Shown here piece after piece: positions 19,822 to 29,619 of a stretch of DNA of 64,000 nt. The stretch is from a virus. The number at the start of each line of letters is the position of its first letter. Position 1 is the first letter of the stretch. Location of the stretch: the IMG/VR virus record IMGVR_UViG_3300031521_000040, positions 1 to 64,000 of that record; one strand, 5' to 3'. Under the pieces are notes generated by a model. The model was not told the DNA's origin, searched no databases, and was given only the letters and a program-made list of their open reading frames with translations. A program made the position numbers and the translations under genes.

Positions 19822-19829
19822 ATAAATAC
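19822..19829 (-). promoter_or_regulatory. putative late promoter GTATTTAT (sheath)
   Basis: upstream of ATG 19757. Confidence 0.65.
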
Positions 19830-20038
19830 TAAAAAATAACGCAAAAGAAGTTTTAGTAAAATTATTATCACATTGCTATTCTTGCTAATAAACCTAAATT
19901 TTGGATTTTTTTAATTTTTTTTATTCATATTTTTTTCTTTTTTTAGTTTTTATATTTAAAATTTTCGTTTTTTAGCTAAAAAATATTTTTAATTTTTTTT
20001 AAAATAAATTATTGATAGATATGGTTTTCCTAGTTTTA

Positions 20039-20046
20039 GTATTTAT
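20039..20046 (+). promoter_or_regulatory. putative late promoter GTATTTAT
   Basis: 19 nt upstream of ATG 20066. Confidence 0.7.
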
Positions 20047-20065
20047 AATAAACGTTTAAATAATC

Positions 20066-22171
20066 ATGAACAAATCACAACAAATTTATTTTGATAGTGG
20101 CAATACTGGAAATGATATTCATACAAAGATAAGACTTGAACAAAATATTAATAGTATTGAATTTCTTAGCTTAAGCATAAGCGCTGAAGATGCTTATCAA
20201 AATTTTAATGCTGATTATGGCGTATTAATTGGAAGGGTAATTGCTAATGGTGGTATTGGCGTTCCAAATGCAAAAATAAGTATCTTCATTCCAATTAGTG
20301 ATACCGATTCATTGAATGGTGACATTGCTAGTGTCTATCCATATAAAACACCTAGAGATAAAAATAATGAAGGAAAAAGGTATAATCTATTACCACGAAC
20401 TTCAAAAATTAGCCCATTGACAGGTCAATGGTCGCCTAAACAGCCATTTGGCTCGTTTCCAATTAAAGAAGAAGTTGTAACTAATGATATATTACTAAGT
20501 GTTTATAAAAAATATTATAGATATACTGCATTAACTAATGATTCGGGCGATTATATGATGTTTGGCGTTCCCATAGGAACTCAAACAGTACATATGAGTG
20601 TAGATATTACTGACATTGGAAGATATAGTATGAATCCAGCATCAATGGTAACTAATTTAGGATACTCACCTAATTTATTTACTGCCGATAAAACCAAAAT
20701 AAAACCTAATAATGACCTAAACGATTTACCTAATATTGAAACACAGGAAATTGATGTGGATGTTATACCTTTTTGGGGTGATGCTACTAATTTCGAAATA
20801 GGTATAACTCGACAGGATTTTAGAATTAGATCAGTAATTGCAAATACTTTCGTTATTTTTGGAAGCGTGTTTACTGATGGTGATAATGCAATGTGGGGTG
20901 CTAATCCTAGTGGAAGTAGACGAATTTCGGAATTATTTCGTGCTAGAGACGATGCGAATACGACTATCGGCATATTCTCAAAGAGAACAGGTAAGGTTAC
21001 CGAAAAAATATATTACTATCCATCTAGCGTTAGTGATGATACAATCGATTCTGGAAATGCTAAGAATGATGGTAGCGACATGTTATTGTTAGACCCTAGT
21101 GAATATTCATTATATAGTGAAAATGGTAATTTTGTTGCCATAATAAATTGTAACAGAAATAAAGTTATAACGAATAATGGTGTTGAAACACCTGTTGCTG
21201 ATAATTCGCCTAATGGAGTATATACTAAATTTAGGGGATTTATGACAATTGAAATATTACCAGATGACGTACAAATGAATTTCACTGGTGATATTGGCGT
21301 TGATACGACACTTGTACCATTCAGATATATCTTAAAATTTCCACAATACGCTGAAAGAAATCAATCATTTATACAGCCAGATAGGTCAACAAGTAAAGAT
21401 TTTCCCAATACGAATCAATGGAGAAAGCAATCATACACTTTTACAGGTGGAAGCTTCTATAGTTTATCTAAATTTCATGGAACAGTATATAATGACTCCG
21501 CAACTGATGCTAATCAGGGTACAAATAATGGATTTTATAATCACGATACAATTAATAAACCACTCAATCAAGACCCTTTCTGGAATGTAGGTATTATTGC
21601 TACAAATACTTATGATGAAAAGTATCCTAACGATGCACTTAAGTTTCCAACTAATTCTAATATTACTGGCACATTAAAAACATTTGGTGCGAATTGGATG
21701 AATTTAAGTATTTATCTACCACAAGTTGGATTTCTGCAGGATGGCTCTAAATTTGTTTATCGTGTTAGATCAGCAGATCATTTCACACGTCAAATTCCAG
21801 ACGATAACGATCAGGGAAACAATGCATATTATTTTTACGATAACGATCAAAAAATTGCTGCTGGTGATATTAATACTAAATGGTTTGCACGTTCAGATTT
21901 AAACTGGACTGACTTTATCAATGTGCCAATTAATGATATTGTATATATGAAGGGCAAAGATAAGGGATTTAAGACTAATACGTTTGAATTAAGTGGTAAA
22001 TATCGAAACGGTACAATAATACCTCATGGATGGTCACACCCATGTCCAATGGATGGTGGAAAACTTGATGGTGATCCATTAATGTCAGCAGACCCTGCAA
22101 TCTATTTTTATAAAGGATTGGATGAAGTAGACTGTATTGAGTTTTTATATAAGTTAGGACTAATTAATTAA
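20066..22171 (+). CDS. putative virion structural protein with an Ig/prealbumin-like N-terminal domain
   Basis: GRVIANGG.GVPNAKISIF...TNDSGDYMMFGVP.G; late motif upstream. Confidence 0.6.
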   Translation: MNKSQQIYFDSGNTGNDIHTKIRLEQNINSIEFLSLSISAEDAYQNFNADYGVLIGRVIANGGIGVPNAKISIFIPISDTDSLNGDIASVYPYKTPRDKNNEGKRYNLLPRTSKISPLTGQWSPKQPFGSFPIKEEVVTNDILLSVYKKYYRYTALTNDSGDYMMFGVPIGTQTVHMSVDITDIGRYSMNPASMVTNLGYSPNLFTADKTKIKPNNDLNDLPNIETQEIDVDVIPFWGDATNFEIGITRQDFRIRSVIANTFVIFGSVFTDGDNAMWGANPSGSRRISELFRARDDANTTIGIFSKRTGKVTEKIYYYPSSVSDDTIDSGNAKNDGSDMLLLDPSEYSLYSENGNFVAIINCNRNKVITNNGVETPVADNSPNGVYTKFRGFMTIEILPDDVQMNFTGDIGVDTTLVPFRYILKFPQYAERNQSFIQPDRSTSKDFPNTNQWRKQSYTFTGGSFYSLSKFHGTVYNDSATDANQGTNNGFYNHDTINKPLNQDPFWNVGIIATNTYDEKYPNDALKFPTNSNITGTLKTFGANWMNLSIYLPQVGFLQDGSKFVYRVRSADHFTRQIPDDNDQGNNAYYFYDNDQKIAAGDINTKWFARSDLNWTDFINVPINDIVYMKGKDKGFKTNTFELSGKYRNGTIIPHGWSHPCPMDGGKLDGDPLMSADPAIYFYKGLDEVDCIEFLYKLGLIN

Positions 22172-22196
22172 CAAAATGTTGAGGTATTTATAGAAT

Positions 22197-23351
22197 ATGG
22201 ATAATCAAGTTAAAATATTACTTAATAGCAATCAGAATGTTAATTCTGTCAATGTAGATATGTATGAAAAAGTCAGTTTAAATAATAATATTTCCGAAAT
22301 CAATGAATATGATATTAGAAATAGTATTAGCGCAACTGAAATATTTGATATTGAGAGAAATAGAAATAGTATCTATAGAATATATGGAAAAATTGAATAT
22401 TTATCATTACTTAATGGACTTCGTAACAACTATAGTAAATTTGAGGATTTTTTTTCACCACAAATAAGTGATGGTAAAAGTATATTAAATTCATTTGATT
22501 TTTATTTAGTGAGAGCAACAACTGGATATACTAAGATTGTGGGAAGTGGCTCAACATGGGTTAGATATTTTAATGTTGTGTCAACACCAAAAGATTTCGA
22601 ACTATTTCCAGTAGGATTTTCTAATAATATATATGGTGAACAAGAATATTCATTTAATTTTAATGCTGATTTTAATGTTTCTAAATATTATGACGAATTT
22701 GGATTTCCAGTTACCGAATTATTTCTATATGCTCAATATAAAAAGGCTGCCAATCCAGTAGAAACATTATATTCTACAATGTGGTCAAGCTATGGCATTT
22801 CGGGAAAAACAATAACAAATACAATTCCATTAAACATTGGTGATTATGTAAAAAACAGTGTAGGTCAAAAGATTGGTGACTTAATTGAATATATTAAAGA
22901 TGATTTCAGTCAGATAGAACTATTTCCACAGGTTTATTATATAACAACGCCATGGACAGGCGGTAGTCTTCAATGGTGCTACAATCCGTTTATACCAATA
23001 AGACTAAGATATTTAACAGATAATGTATATACTGCTAATACGGGGAGTACTACATATGATCTAGTTGAATCCATACCATCATATGCAACAAAAATTGATA
23101 ATAATGGAAATTTTGTTTGGAGAGATATCATGCCTGAAGGATTTATTGATCCATTAACTGGAATAGGTACTGACTATCCGTTTATTAATGGAAAAAGATA
23201 TTTATTTACATCGATCATATTTGATATTATTCCAAATCTGGAAGATGCAGTAACAGCACACGCATTTAGTGATGTATGGTATACAAGGAACGCTAATAAT
23301 TCAAGCATAACACCAACAGGTAATATTAATGATATAGGTAAGCCATGTTAA
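22197..23351 (+). CDS. putative virion structural protein
   Basis: 384 aa, beta-rich; GTATTTAT at 22184-22191. Confidence 0.55.
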   Translation: MDNQVKILLNSNQNVNSVNVDMYEKVSLNNNISEINEYDIRNSISATEIFDIERNRNSIYRIYGKIEYLSLLNGLRNNYSKFEDFFSPQISDGKSILNSFDFYLVRATTGYTKIVGSGSTWVRYFNVVSTPKDFELFPVGFSNNIYGEQEYSFNFNADFNVSKYYDEFGFPVTELFLYAQYKKAANPVETLYSTMWSSYGISGKTITNTIPLNIGDYVKNSVGQKIGDLIEYIKDDFSQIELFPQVYYITTPWTGGSLQWCYNPFIPIRLRYLTDNVYTANTGSTTYDLVESIPSYATKIDNNGNFVWRDIMPEGFIDPLTGIGTDYPFINGKRYLFTSIIFDIIPNLEDAVTAHAFSDVWYTRNANNSSITPTGNINDIGKPC

Positions 23352-24124
23352 TAAAAGAAACAATATTTAATAGAGGAATTGATATGAGCTTAAAAATTAA
23401 TATAGGCTCAAATGATAGCTTTTTAGGATATCAGCAAGAAATTGATAATATTGTTGAAGAAGTATCAGCAGGATTAATTAACTCAATTGTTGATGCGGAA
23501 AAACGAAAATTTAGTTTAAATTCTACAATACCTAATACCAAATTGCAATTTAATTTTAATGGTTTTAATACATTTATTGGTGCTGGCTTTACTGTTAAGG
23601 AAGTAATAACTAATAGCCAGACAATGCTAAACAGTTTTTTTATATTAGATTTTTACGATACGTTTGACCCTAACACACAGCAAAAAATATTCACCACATA
23701 CTTGACTAAGGTTGGTTATATACCGAACTATAATATTAGCGCAAGCACTAGTAATCAATTATACTATTGGTATATACCAATTTCATATACAACTGTACAA
23801 ACAGGCAGTACAGCGATTGGTTATGTTAAATTTAGTTTCTATAATGCTAAGTCAGGCATAACCACGCAATTTTATAACCAATATAATTCAAGTTTAACAA
23901 CAGCAGAGAAAATGTACTTCAAATGCGAACTAAATCTTTTAGATAAAACATGGAGATTTTTGAATATGCCTAATTCAGTTGTAATTGCTAACGAATTAAC
24001 GAACAGTATATTATATAACGATAAAATCAATAACACATATAATACGTTTAATAAAACAATACAGGTTTTTCCAACAGGTAATAGCTATAATTATGTTGAT
24101 AACAAATATAGGCTAATTACATAA
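23345..24124 (+). CDS. putative virion structural protein
   Basis: 259 aa, coupled to the previous gene; NSFFILDFYD motif. Confidence 0.55.
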   Translation: MLIKETIFNRGIDMSLKINIGSNDSFLGYQQEIDNIVEEVSAGLINSIVDAEKRKFSLNSTIPNTKLQFNFNGFNTFIGAGFTVKEVITNSQTMLNSFFILDFYDTFDPNTQQKIFTTYLTKVGYIPNYNISASTSNQLYYWYIPISYTTVQTGSTAIGYVKFSFYNAKSGITTQFYNQYNSSLTTAEKMYFKCELNLLDKTWRFLNMPNSVVIANELTNSILYNDKINNTYNTFNKTIQVFPTGNSYNYVDNKYRLIT

Positions 24125-24881
24125 CGCTATAACCAATTCTTGGCTTTCTCATTGTTTTAACTATTTCAAATTCTTTTTCGTCTTGAATAAAGCCTAGAAT
24201 TTTTAACGCATATTTTGAAACGAAAAATCTATCGCCATCAATATTTTCAATAGGATTTGATTCTGCAAATCCTTCAAACAGTAATGGCAATGGATTACCC
24301 TTTATATATACGTATTCTTGTTGTGATGCAAAGTTCTTCAATACTTGTTCATCATACTGATTTACATCAACTCTATATTTAGTAAATAGAGTAACTTCAT
24401 ATGTCATATCAACGTTTGTTGGTTCAGGCATTTTAAATCGCAAGTATATAATTTCGCCATTATCTAATATAGGTACATCTAAATACCTGAATTTACGTGG
24501 CTGTGGAATTCTATTTTTATTACCAATTCTAGTACCTCTTTGTTTATCAATACGCCTGACAGTAACGTAAGGCGTTGGAACGTTTTTATCATTATCCACG
24601 AATTTCCATGTTTTACTGAATTCTCCCCAACGATCATTTTCTAAATAGAAAGTAGGTACTGGTGTATTATCAATTACTGGCTTCATATTTCCAGTATCAA
24701 CATATGAAAAAACTGCTTGATCTAAATCTTCTAATAATATAGTTCTTGGCAAATATTTGGTATTAACATCGGTTTCGTTCATAAGTTCTTCTATCCTATC
24801 CATTCCATAGTGAAGGTATTCAGTACCGATTTTGGGTGGATTAACATCTAAGGTTAGTTTAACTTTTTTTGGTAGTGCCAT
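24117..24881 (-). CDS. putative tail completion/terminator protein (gp15-like)
   Basis: LEDLD, RW.EF..TW, P..VD.TYEV pattern; late motif at 24896-24903. Confidence 0.5.
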   Translation of the reverse strand: MALPKKVKLTLDVNPPKIGTEYLHYGMDRIEELMNETDVNTKYLPRTILLEDLDQAVFSYVDTGNMKPVIDNTPVPTFYLENDRWGEFSKTWKFVDNDKNVPTPYVTVRRIDKQRGTRIGNKNRIPQPRKFRYLDVPILDNGEIIYLRFKMPEPTNVDMTYEVTLFTKYRVDVNQYDEQVLKNFASQQEYVYIKGNPLPLLFEGFAESNPIENIDGDRFFVSKYALKILGFIQDEKEFEIVKTMRKPRIGYSVM

Positions 24882-24973
24882 ATTAATATTTTTATATAAA
24901 TACTTGTGTGGTAATATTATTTTAAACGAAGTAATAAGTATAAAAATAATTATCAGGTATTTTATAATAATCC

Positions 24974-25004
24974 TTTGACTTTAAATATATAATAGTTACA
25001 TTTG
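24974..25004 (+). promoter_or_regulatory. Bacteroidota-type sigma70 promoter
   Basis: TTTG(24974)-N19-TACATTTG(24997), exact consensus match; heads the 25022-29587 cluster. Confidence 0.75.
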
Positions 25005-25021
25005 CGTTATAATTTAATATT

Positions 25022-25363
25022 ATGCTAATAGAACGTAAAGAATTCGTAGAAGAAAGTGGAAAAATTGGGTACGTTGAGTCAGTATTTGAATCAGGCAACG
25101 TACTAAAAACAACATATTTTCCTGAATCACAAAGACTCTATATTGCATTCAATAGAGGTCACACGTATTCATATGGTAATATATCGCAGGATATGTATAA
25201 TGAATTTGAAAGTAATGAATCGCAGGGAATTTTCTTTCAGAAAAGGATAAATAATAATAGTCGATATCCCTTCCGTAAAGAATTTACATTATATCCTACG
25301 GAAGTTACACTTCTAAAAGAAATCATCACTAAAAAACGAGCTGAAAATGACAACAATGAATAA
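25022..25363 (+). CDS. KTSC-domain-like protein
   Basis: S.NV..T.Y......L.I.F..G.TYSY..I....Y..F....SQG.FF pattern. Confidence 0.7.
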   Translation: MLIERKEFVEESGKIGYVESVFESGNVLKTTYFPESQRLYIAFNRGHTYSYGNISQDMYNEFESNESQGIFFQKRINNNSRYPFRKEFTLYPTEVTLLKEIITKKRAENDNNE

Positions 25364-25619
25364 TATAGAAGATTACCAAAACCTAGTTGAATTACTTAAA
25401 ATGGCACTAGAATTTTATGGTAATGCTGAGAACTATAAAACAGAAAGAGGTGTATTTAATATAATTAATATTGATGGTGGTTCACAAGCTCGTTTTGCGC
25501 TGGATAAGATTAAAGAATTAGAAAAAACATACGTTGATATGAAAACCGAATATGTTGACGTAGGTAATAAAACACCTGAAGAAATTTTTAATATAATTGA
25601 TAAATTAAAAAATGGATAA
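25347..25619 (+). CDS. hypothetical protein
   Basis: ALEFYG..NY...DGG..AR motif; overlaps neighbouring genes. Confidence 0.65.
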   Translation: MTTMNNIEDYQNLVELLKMALEFYGNAENYKTERGVFNIINIDGGSQARFALDKIKELEKTYVDMKTEYVDVGNKTPEEIFNIIDKLKNG

Positions 25620-25995
25620 AATAAAAACATTTGGGGAATATCAGGCTAAGGCGGTTGATTTAAAATTTTCGCTGAATAAATTAGTTGAAAAGCATCCAGA
25701 CTTAGATAGAAACATATTATTCATTCTAGCTGTTAATTATGACTGCTTAGGACTTGGAGAGGAAGCTGGTGAGGTATCAGGTAAGGTTAAAAAAATCATA
25801 AGAGATAAAGGTGGTATATTCACTGATAAAGATATAATCGAAATAAAAAAAGAAATTGGTGATACTTTCTGGTATTTAACATCTTTATGTGAAACACTTG
25901 AAATTACAATGGAAGATGTTGCAACTGCGAACATTGAGAAATTACAATCAAGGCATGCACGTGGGACAGCTCATGGAAGCGGAGATAATCGTTAA
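25612..25995 (+). CDS. MazG-like NTP pyrophosphohydrolase
   Basis: LGLGEEAGEV..KVKK..RD, KEIGD.FWY, NIEKL.SR..RG...GSGDNR. Confidence 0.9.
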   Translation: MDKIKTFGEYQAKAVDLKFSLNKLVEKHPDLDRNILFILAVNYDCLGLGEEAGEVSGKVKKIIRDKGGIFTDKDIIEIKKEIGDTFWYLTSLCETLEITMEDVATANIEKLQSRHARGTAHGSGDNR

Positions 25996-26007
25996 AAACA
26001 TACATAT

Positions 26008-26460
26008 ATGAAATATAATATAAGTGAAGATAGTGGCACATCAATAACAGTAGCCCCTACACAGATAAAATTTAAGAAATTAATACCTGAAGCACAAGTG
26101 CCATTTAAAAAATATACACCTGATGCTGGATTTGATCTCTATTGTACTTCAATAGTTAAAAAGAATAAGTATATAGAATATCACACAGGACTTGCTATGG
26201 AAATACCTGTTGGTATGGTTGGTATTATCGTCCCAAGAAGCTCGATAACCGACTATGATTTAATGCTTAAAAATTCTTTGGGTATTATTAATTCAGGTGT
26301 TTCAGAAGAAATTATTCTATATTTCAGTGATGTTAAGGAATATAGTATGACACAAAAGAAAGAAATTTATAGTGTTGGTGATAGTATTGGTGTTATTTTT
26401 TTTATTGAAGTACCTAATGTTAATTTATGTGAAGTAGAGGACTTCGATGAAATACAATAG
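26008..26460 (+). CDS. degenerate dUTPase-like protein
   Basis: DAGFDL and PRSS present; motif III reads GIINSGVSEE and motif V is absent. Confidence 0.75.
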   Translation: MKYNISEDSGTSITVAPTQIKFKKLIPEAQVPFKKYTPDAGFDLYCTSIVKKNKYIEYHTGLAMEIPVGMVGIIVPRSSITDYDLMLKNSLGIINSGVSEEIILYFSDVKEYSMTQKKEIYSVGDSIGVIFFIEVPNVNLCEVEDFDEIQ

Positions 26461-26539
26461 ATTAATGAAAAATTTACATGTAATTATTGATTATTCAATA
26501 ACACCTAATATTTATAATAAATAAAAACATTATTGTTGA

Positions 26540-27154
26540 GAAAAATGTAAAATATGTGGAATAGATTTTTCTGTAATTAACAGTAGAAAAGATAGTGCAA
26601 AATATTGTTCAAGGAAATGTTCCGCATTAGAGAAAAGAAGTCATGATAATATAATATGTACCGAATGCGGTGAACTTTTCCATATGAAAGAGTCTCGTAT
26701 TAAAAGATATAAGAGGACACAAGGATGTTTTTGCTCAACAAAATGCGTAGCTGATTTTCGAAAAAAGGCATATATAGGTGTTAATAATCCTAATTTTAGA
26801 AATGCTGAAAGAGATGGTAAATATCTATTAGATAAATTGCCGAAATTTGGGCGAATTAAATTACATCATAAGGTTGCATTCGAGTGTCATAATATCGATA
26901 AAATACCTGACAACCATTGTATTCATCATAGAGATTGTATTATTGATAATAATGATGAAGAAAATTTGGTTTTAATAACTTGGAGTGATCATAGATGGTT
27001 ACATAAGAATTTTGGTAATGCTACATTATGGGCATATATAAATAATAAAGTAACTCTGGATGAATTATGTACGTGGTGTAAAGAGCCAAATAAAGCGAGA
27101 TTATTATTACCGTTAAACATAATACAACAAAAAATACTATATGAAAAAAGTTAA
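26540..27154 (+). pseudogene. HNH homing endonuclease whose N-terminal Zn-finger part has no ATG start
   Basis: HHKVA...IHHRD....NN..ENL....SDHRWLH; frame open from 26540 (EKCKICG...YCSRKC...CTECG) but preceded by TGA 26537-26539; first ATG at 26684. Confidence 0.6.
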
Positions 27155-27566
27155 AATAAAATATTTAAATGCTAACACTTGTTTGCCTAAAAAGGCTATT
27201 GATGACGATGCTTGTTATGATGTGGTAGCTGTATCTAAAAAGGAATATGGCGATGGAAGAATTGAATATGGATTGGGATTTTCATTGGAACTACCCCTAA
27301 ACACTCAGCTTGATCTAAGACCTAGAAGCTCTATACATAAAACTGGACTTATTTTGAGTAATTGCATTGGAACTGGTGATGAGGGGTATCGTGGTGAATA
27401 TAAAGCAGTTTTCTATCATATAATACCAACATTAAAGCCATATGATGTTGGAGATAGAATATTACAAATACAATTGAGAACTAGAGAAGATATGAATTTA
27501 ATAGTATCAGAAGATTTGTCTAATTCACAAAGAGGTGATGGCGGATTTGGTCATTCAGGCAAATAA
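27141..27566 (+). CDS. dut: dUTPase (trimeric)
   Basis: DACYDV, RPRSS, GTGDEGYRGE, GDRILQ, RGDGGFGHSG. Confidence 0.9.
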   Translation: MKKVKIKYLNANTCLPKKAIDDDACYDVVAVSKKEYGDGRIEYGLGFSLELPLNTQLDLRPRSSIHKTGLILSNCIGTGDEGYRGEYKAVFYHIIPTLKPYDVGDRILQIQLRTREDMNLIVSEDLSNSQRGDGGFGHSGK

Positions 27567-27599
27567 TTAAAAAGTATAAAACAATAAAAACTATAATAT

Positions 27600-27788
27600 A
27601 TGTCACTACTAAAATTAAGAAGAGAAACAGCAAAACAAAACCTAGAAGCACAGCTTTTACGTGGAAATAAACCTGAAAAGGTTGATGGTAAAACAACAGA
27701 TAAGCACATCCCGCTTTCAACACATGATATTGAGCGAATCAATCGTGAAATTGAAGCAATAAATAATCCTAAGAAAAAAACTGCATAA
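27600..27788 (+). CDS. hypothetical protein
   Basis: 62-aa ORF within the operon. Confidence 0.6.
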   Translation: MSLLKLRRETAKQNLEAQLLRGNKPEKVDGKTTDKHIPLSTHDIERINREIEAINNPKKKTA

Positions 27789-27789
27789 C

Positions 27790-27951
27790 ATGAGTTCGTA
27801 TCAAAAAGAGGTATCTGATGCTGATATAAGATATCAGCAATATCTGGAAAAACTTGCAGCAGCTAAGAAGTCATATGCTCAAGATATAAACAATGAGCCG
27901 ATTCCAATGGATTTTGAGCCGATTAGCAAAGAAGAATATTTAAGATCATGA
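27790..27951 (+). CDS. small hypothetical protein (not in ORF track)
   Basis: MSSYQKEVSDADIRYQQYLEKLAAAKK...EEYLRS; fills the gap exactly and overlaps thyA by ATGA. Confidence 0.6.
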   Translation: MSSYQKEVSDADIRYQQYLEKLAAAKKSYAQDINNEPIPMDFEPISKEEYLRS

Positions 27952-29054
27952 AGCAATATTTGGATTTAATCGACAACATCATCACGAATGGCGTTGAAAA
28001 AGAAAGCGGTAGAGCCAACATGCCTAATACTATTGGAATATCACATGGCGTTATTAAAATGAATTTAGCTGATGGATTTCCATTGCTAACAACAAAAAAA
28101 ATGTACTGGAAAGGTGTTGTGCACGAATTACTATGGTTTCTCAGAGGCGAAACCAACATCAAATACTTAGTAGATAATAGTGTAAACATCTGGAATCCTG
28201 ATTCTTATAGATGGTATCTGAAGCAATGTAAAGATAATAATCTTGAAGTTTATTTTGATACGATTGAAAAATTTGTTGATTTTATAAAAAATGATAGCCT
28301 TGCGTATTACACGAATCTTACTAATAGAGAGTTTAAAGTAATTGATGGTATACACGATATGAGTCTGATAAGTCATATCATGAATTTGAGTCAATTTAAT
28401 TATATTATTGGTGACTTAGGTAAAGTTTATGGTTATCAATGGAGAAATCAAAACGGTGTTGATCAAGTTAAAGACGTTATTGATGGCTTGAAAGCTAATC
28501 CGTTTAGTAGATATCATATTATTGATGGATGGAATAAAGCAGATTTTAATGAAATGGCATTACCACCATGTCATCTGTTATATCAATTTATTGTCAGACC
28601 AATAACTCTTAGCGAGAGACAAAACATATTACATTATTCTGACGATTATGTTGACATATATAATGATACTGAGGAAAGCTTAGATACTCTCAATGTACCA
28701 AGATTCTATCTTGATCTTAATATGTATCAACGTTCTTGTGATTCGGCATGTGGAATTCCATTCAATATTGCATCAATGAGCTTATTATTAATGTTATTTG
28801 CTAAAGCAAGTAATATGATTGCTGGCGAAGCAACGTGGATTGGTGGTGATACACATCTATATTTAAGCCACATTGAAACAGCCAAGGAGCAGTTAAAAAG
28901 AGAACCATTTAAACTACCTGAATTGATTATAAATAAGGATTTATATGATCTTGATGACATATTAAATTTAAATATTGATGATTTTGAACTCCTTAATTAT
29001 GAATCACATCCTGCGATAAAATATGAATTATTTGTCGGACTGAAAAAAAAGTAA
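27948..29054 (+). CDS. thyA: thymidylate synthase
   Basis: FPLLTTKK, ELLWFLRG, YGYQWR, MALPPCH, YQRSCD, GIPFNIAS, GDTHLY. Confidence 0.97.
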   Translation: MKQYLDLIDNIITNGVEKESGRANMPNTIGISHGVIKMNLADGFPLLTTKKMYWKGVVHELLWFLRGETNIKYLVDNSVNIWNPDSYRWYLKQCKDNNLEVYFDTIEKFVDFIKNDSLAYYTNLTNREFKVIDGIHDMSLISHIMNLSQFNYIIGDLGKVYGYQWRNQNGVDQVKDVIDGLKANPFSRYHIIDGWNKADFNEMALPPCHLLYQFIVRPITLSERQNILHYSDDYVDIYNDTEESLDTLNVPRFYLDLNMYQRSCDSACGIPFNIASMSLLLMLFAKASNMIAGEATWIGGDTHLYLSHIETAKEQLKREPFKLPELIINKDLYDLDDILNLNIDDFELLNYESHPAIKYELFVGLKKK

Positions 29055-29069
29055 ATATAACTACATTGA

Positions 29070-29312
29070 ATGACAATATTATATATAATAATCTTTATGT
29101 TGTTAGTGATAATTTCATTACTCTCACTAACGTTATATGTTTTCATAAGGAAAAATGTATATATTTCCGATAAAGAAAAGGAATTCATTTTCTTTGTAAT
29201 TGATATTTTTAGAGATTTTGGTTCAGAATTGGGAATTCAATCGAAAGAACAACACGAAAAATTGGTTGAAGAATTAGAAAAAATTAAAAATAAATATAAT
29301 AAAAAATTATGA
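29070..29312 (+). CDS. small membrane protein
   Basis: N-terminal hydrophobic helix. Confidence 0.6.
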   Translation: MTILYIIIFMLLVIISLLSLTLYVFIRKNVYISDKEKEFIFFVIDIFRDFGSELGIQSKEQHEKLVEELEKIKNKYNKKL

Positions 29313-29587
29313 CTAAATTAGAAATCATATACGAGCAATATCCTGATGAAGTATTCATGTCGGCAGATGGATTCGATGCTGCGGTTATTGGCGTTACCAC
29401 AAATAAAGCAACATCTGAATTAGTTCTGGTTTATTCCAGAAGCTTAGCCTTAATGGTTTTAATGTTAAATATGCCGTATGAAGAAGCTATAGAATATTTT
29501 GATTTTAATGTCGAAGGCGCATATATGGGCGATAAAACACCGATATGGGTTGACGATGAAATGTTTACTGATATGATGGAAGAATAA
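29309..29587 (+). CDS. conserved phage hypothetical protein
   Basis: ADGFDAAVIG...EEAIEYFDFNVEGAYMG..TP. Confidence 0.7.
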   Translation: MTKLEIIYEQYPDEVFMSADGFDAAVIGVTTNKATSELVLVYSRSLALMVLMLNMPYEEAIEYFDFNVEGAYMGDKTPIWVDDEMFTDMMEE

Positions 29588-29616
29588 AAAGGGAAGCTAA
29601 TTTAGCTTCCTTTTTT
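29586..29616. terminator. bidirectional intrinsic terminator
   Basis: aaaaagggaagcta-att-tagcttcctttttt between convergent genes. Confidence 0.85.
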
Positions 29617-29619
29617 ATT

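Noticed and set aside
27948-29054. thyA as a base-modifying dCMP hydroxymethylase feeding the glycosyltransferases
   Set aside because: It retains the dUMP-specifying Asn (PFN) and canonical ThyA motifs, so nothing here supports hmC-type DNA glycosylation.
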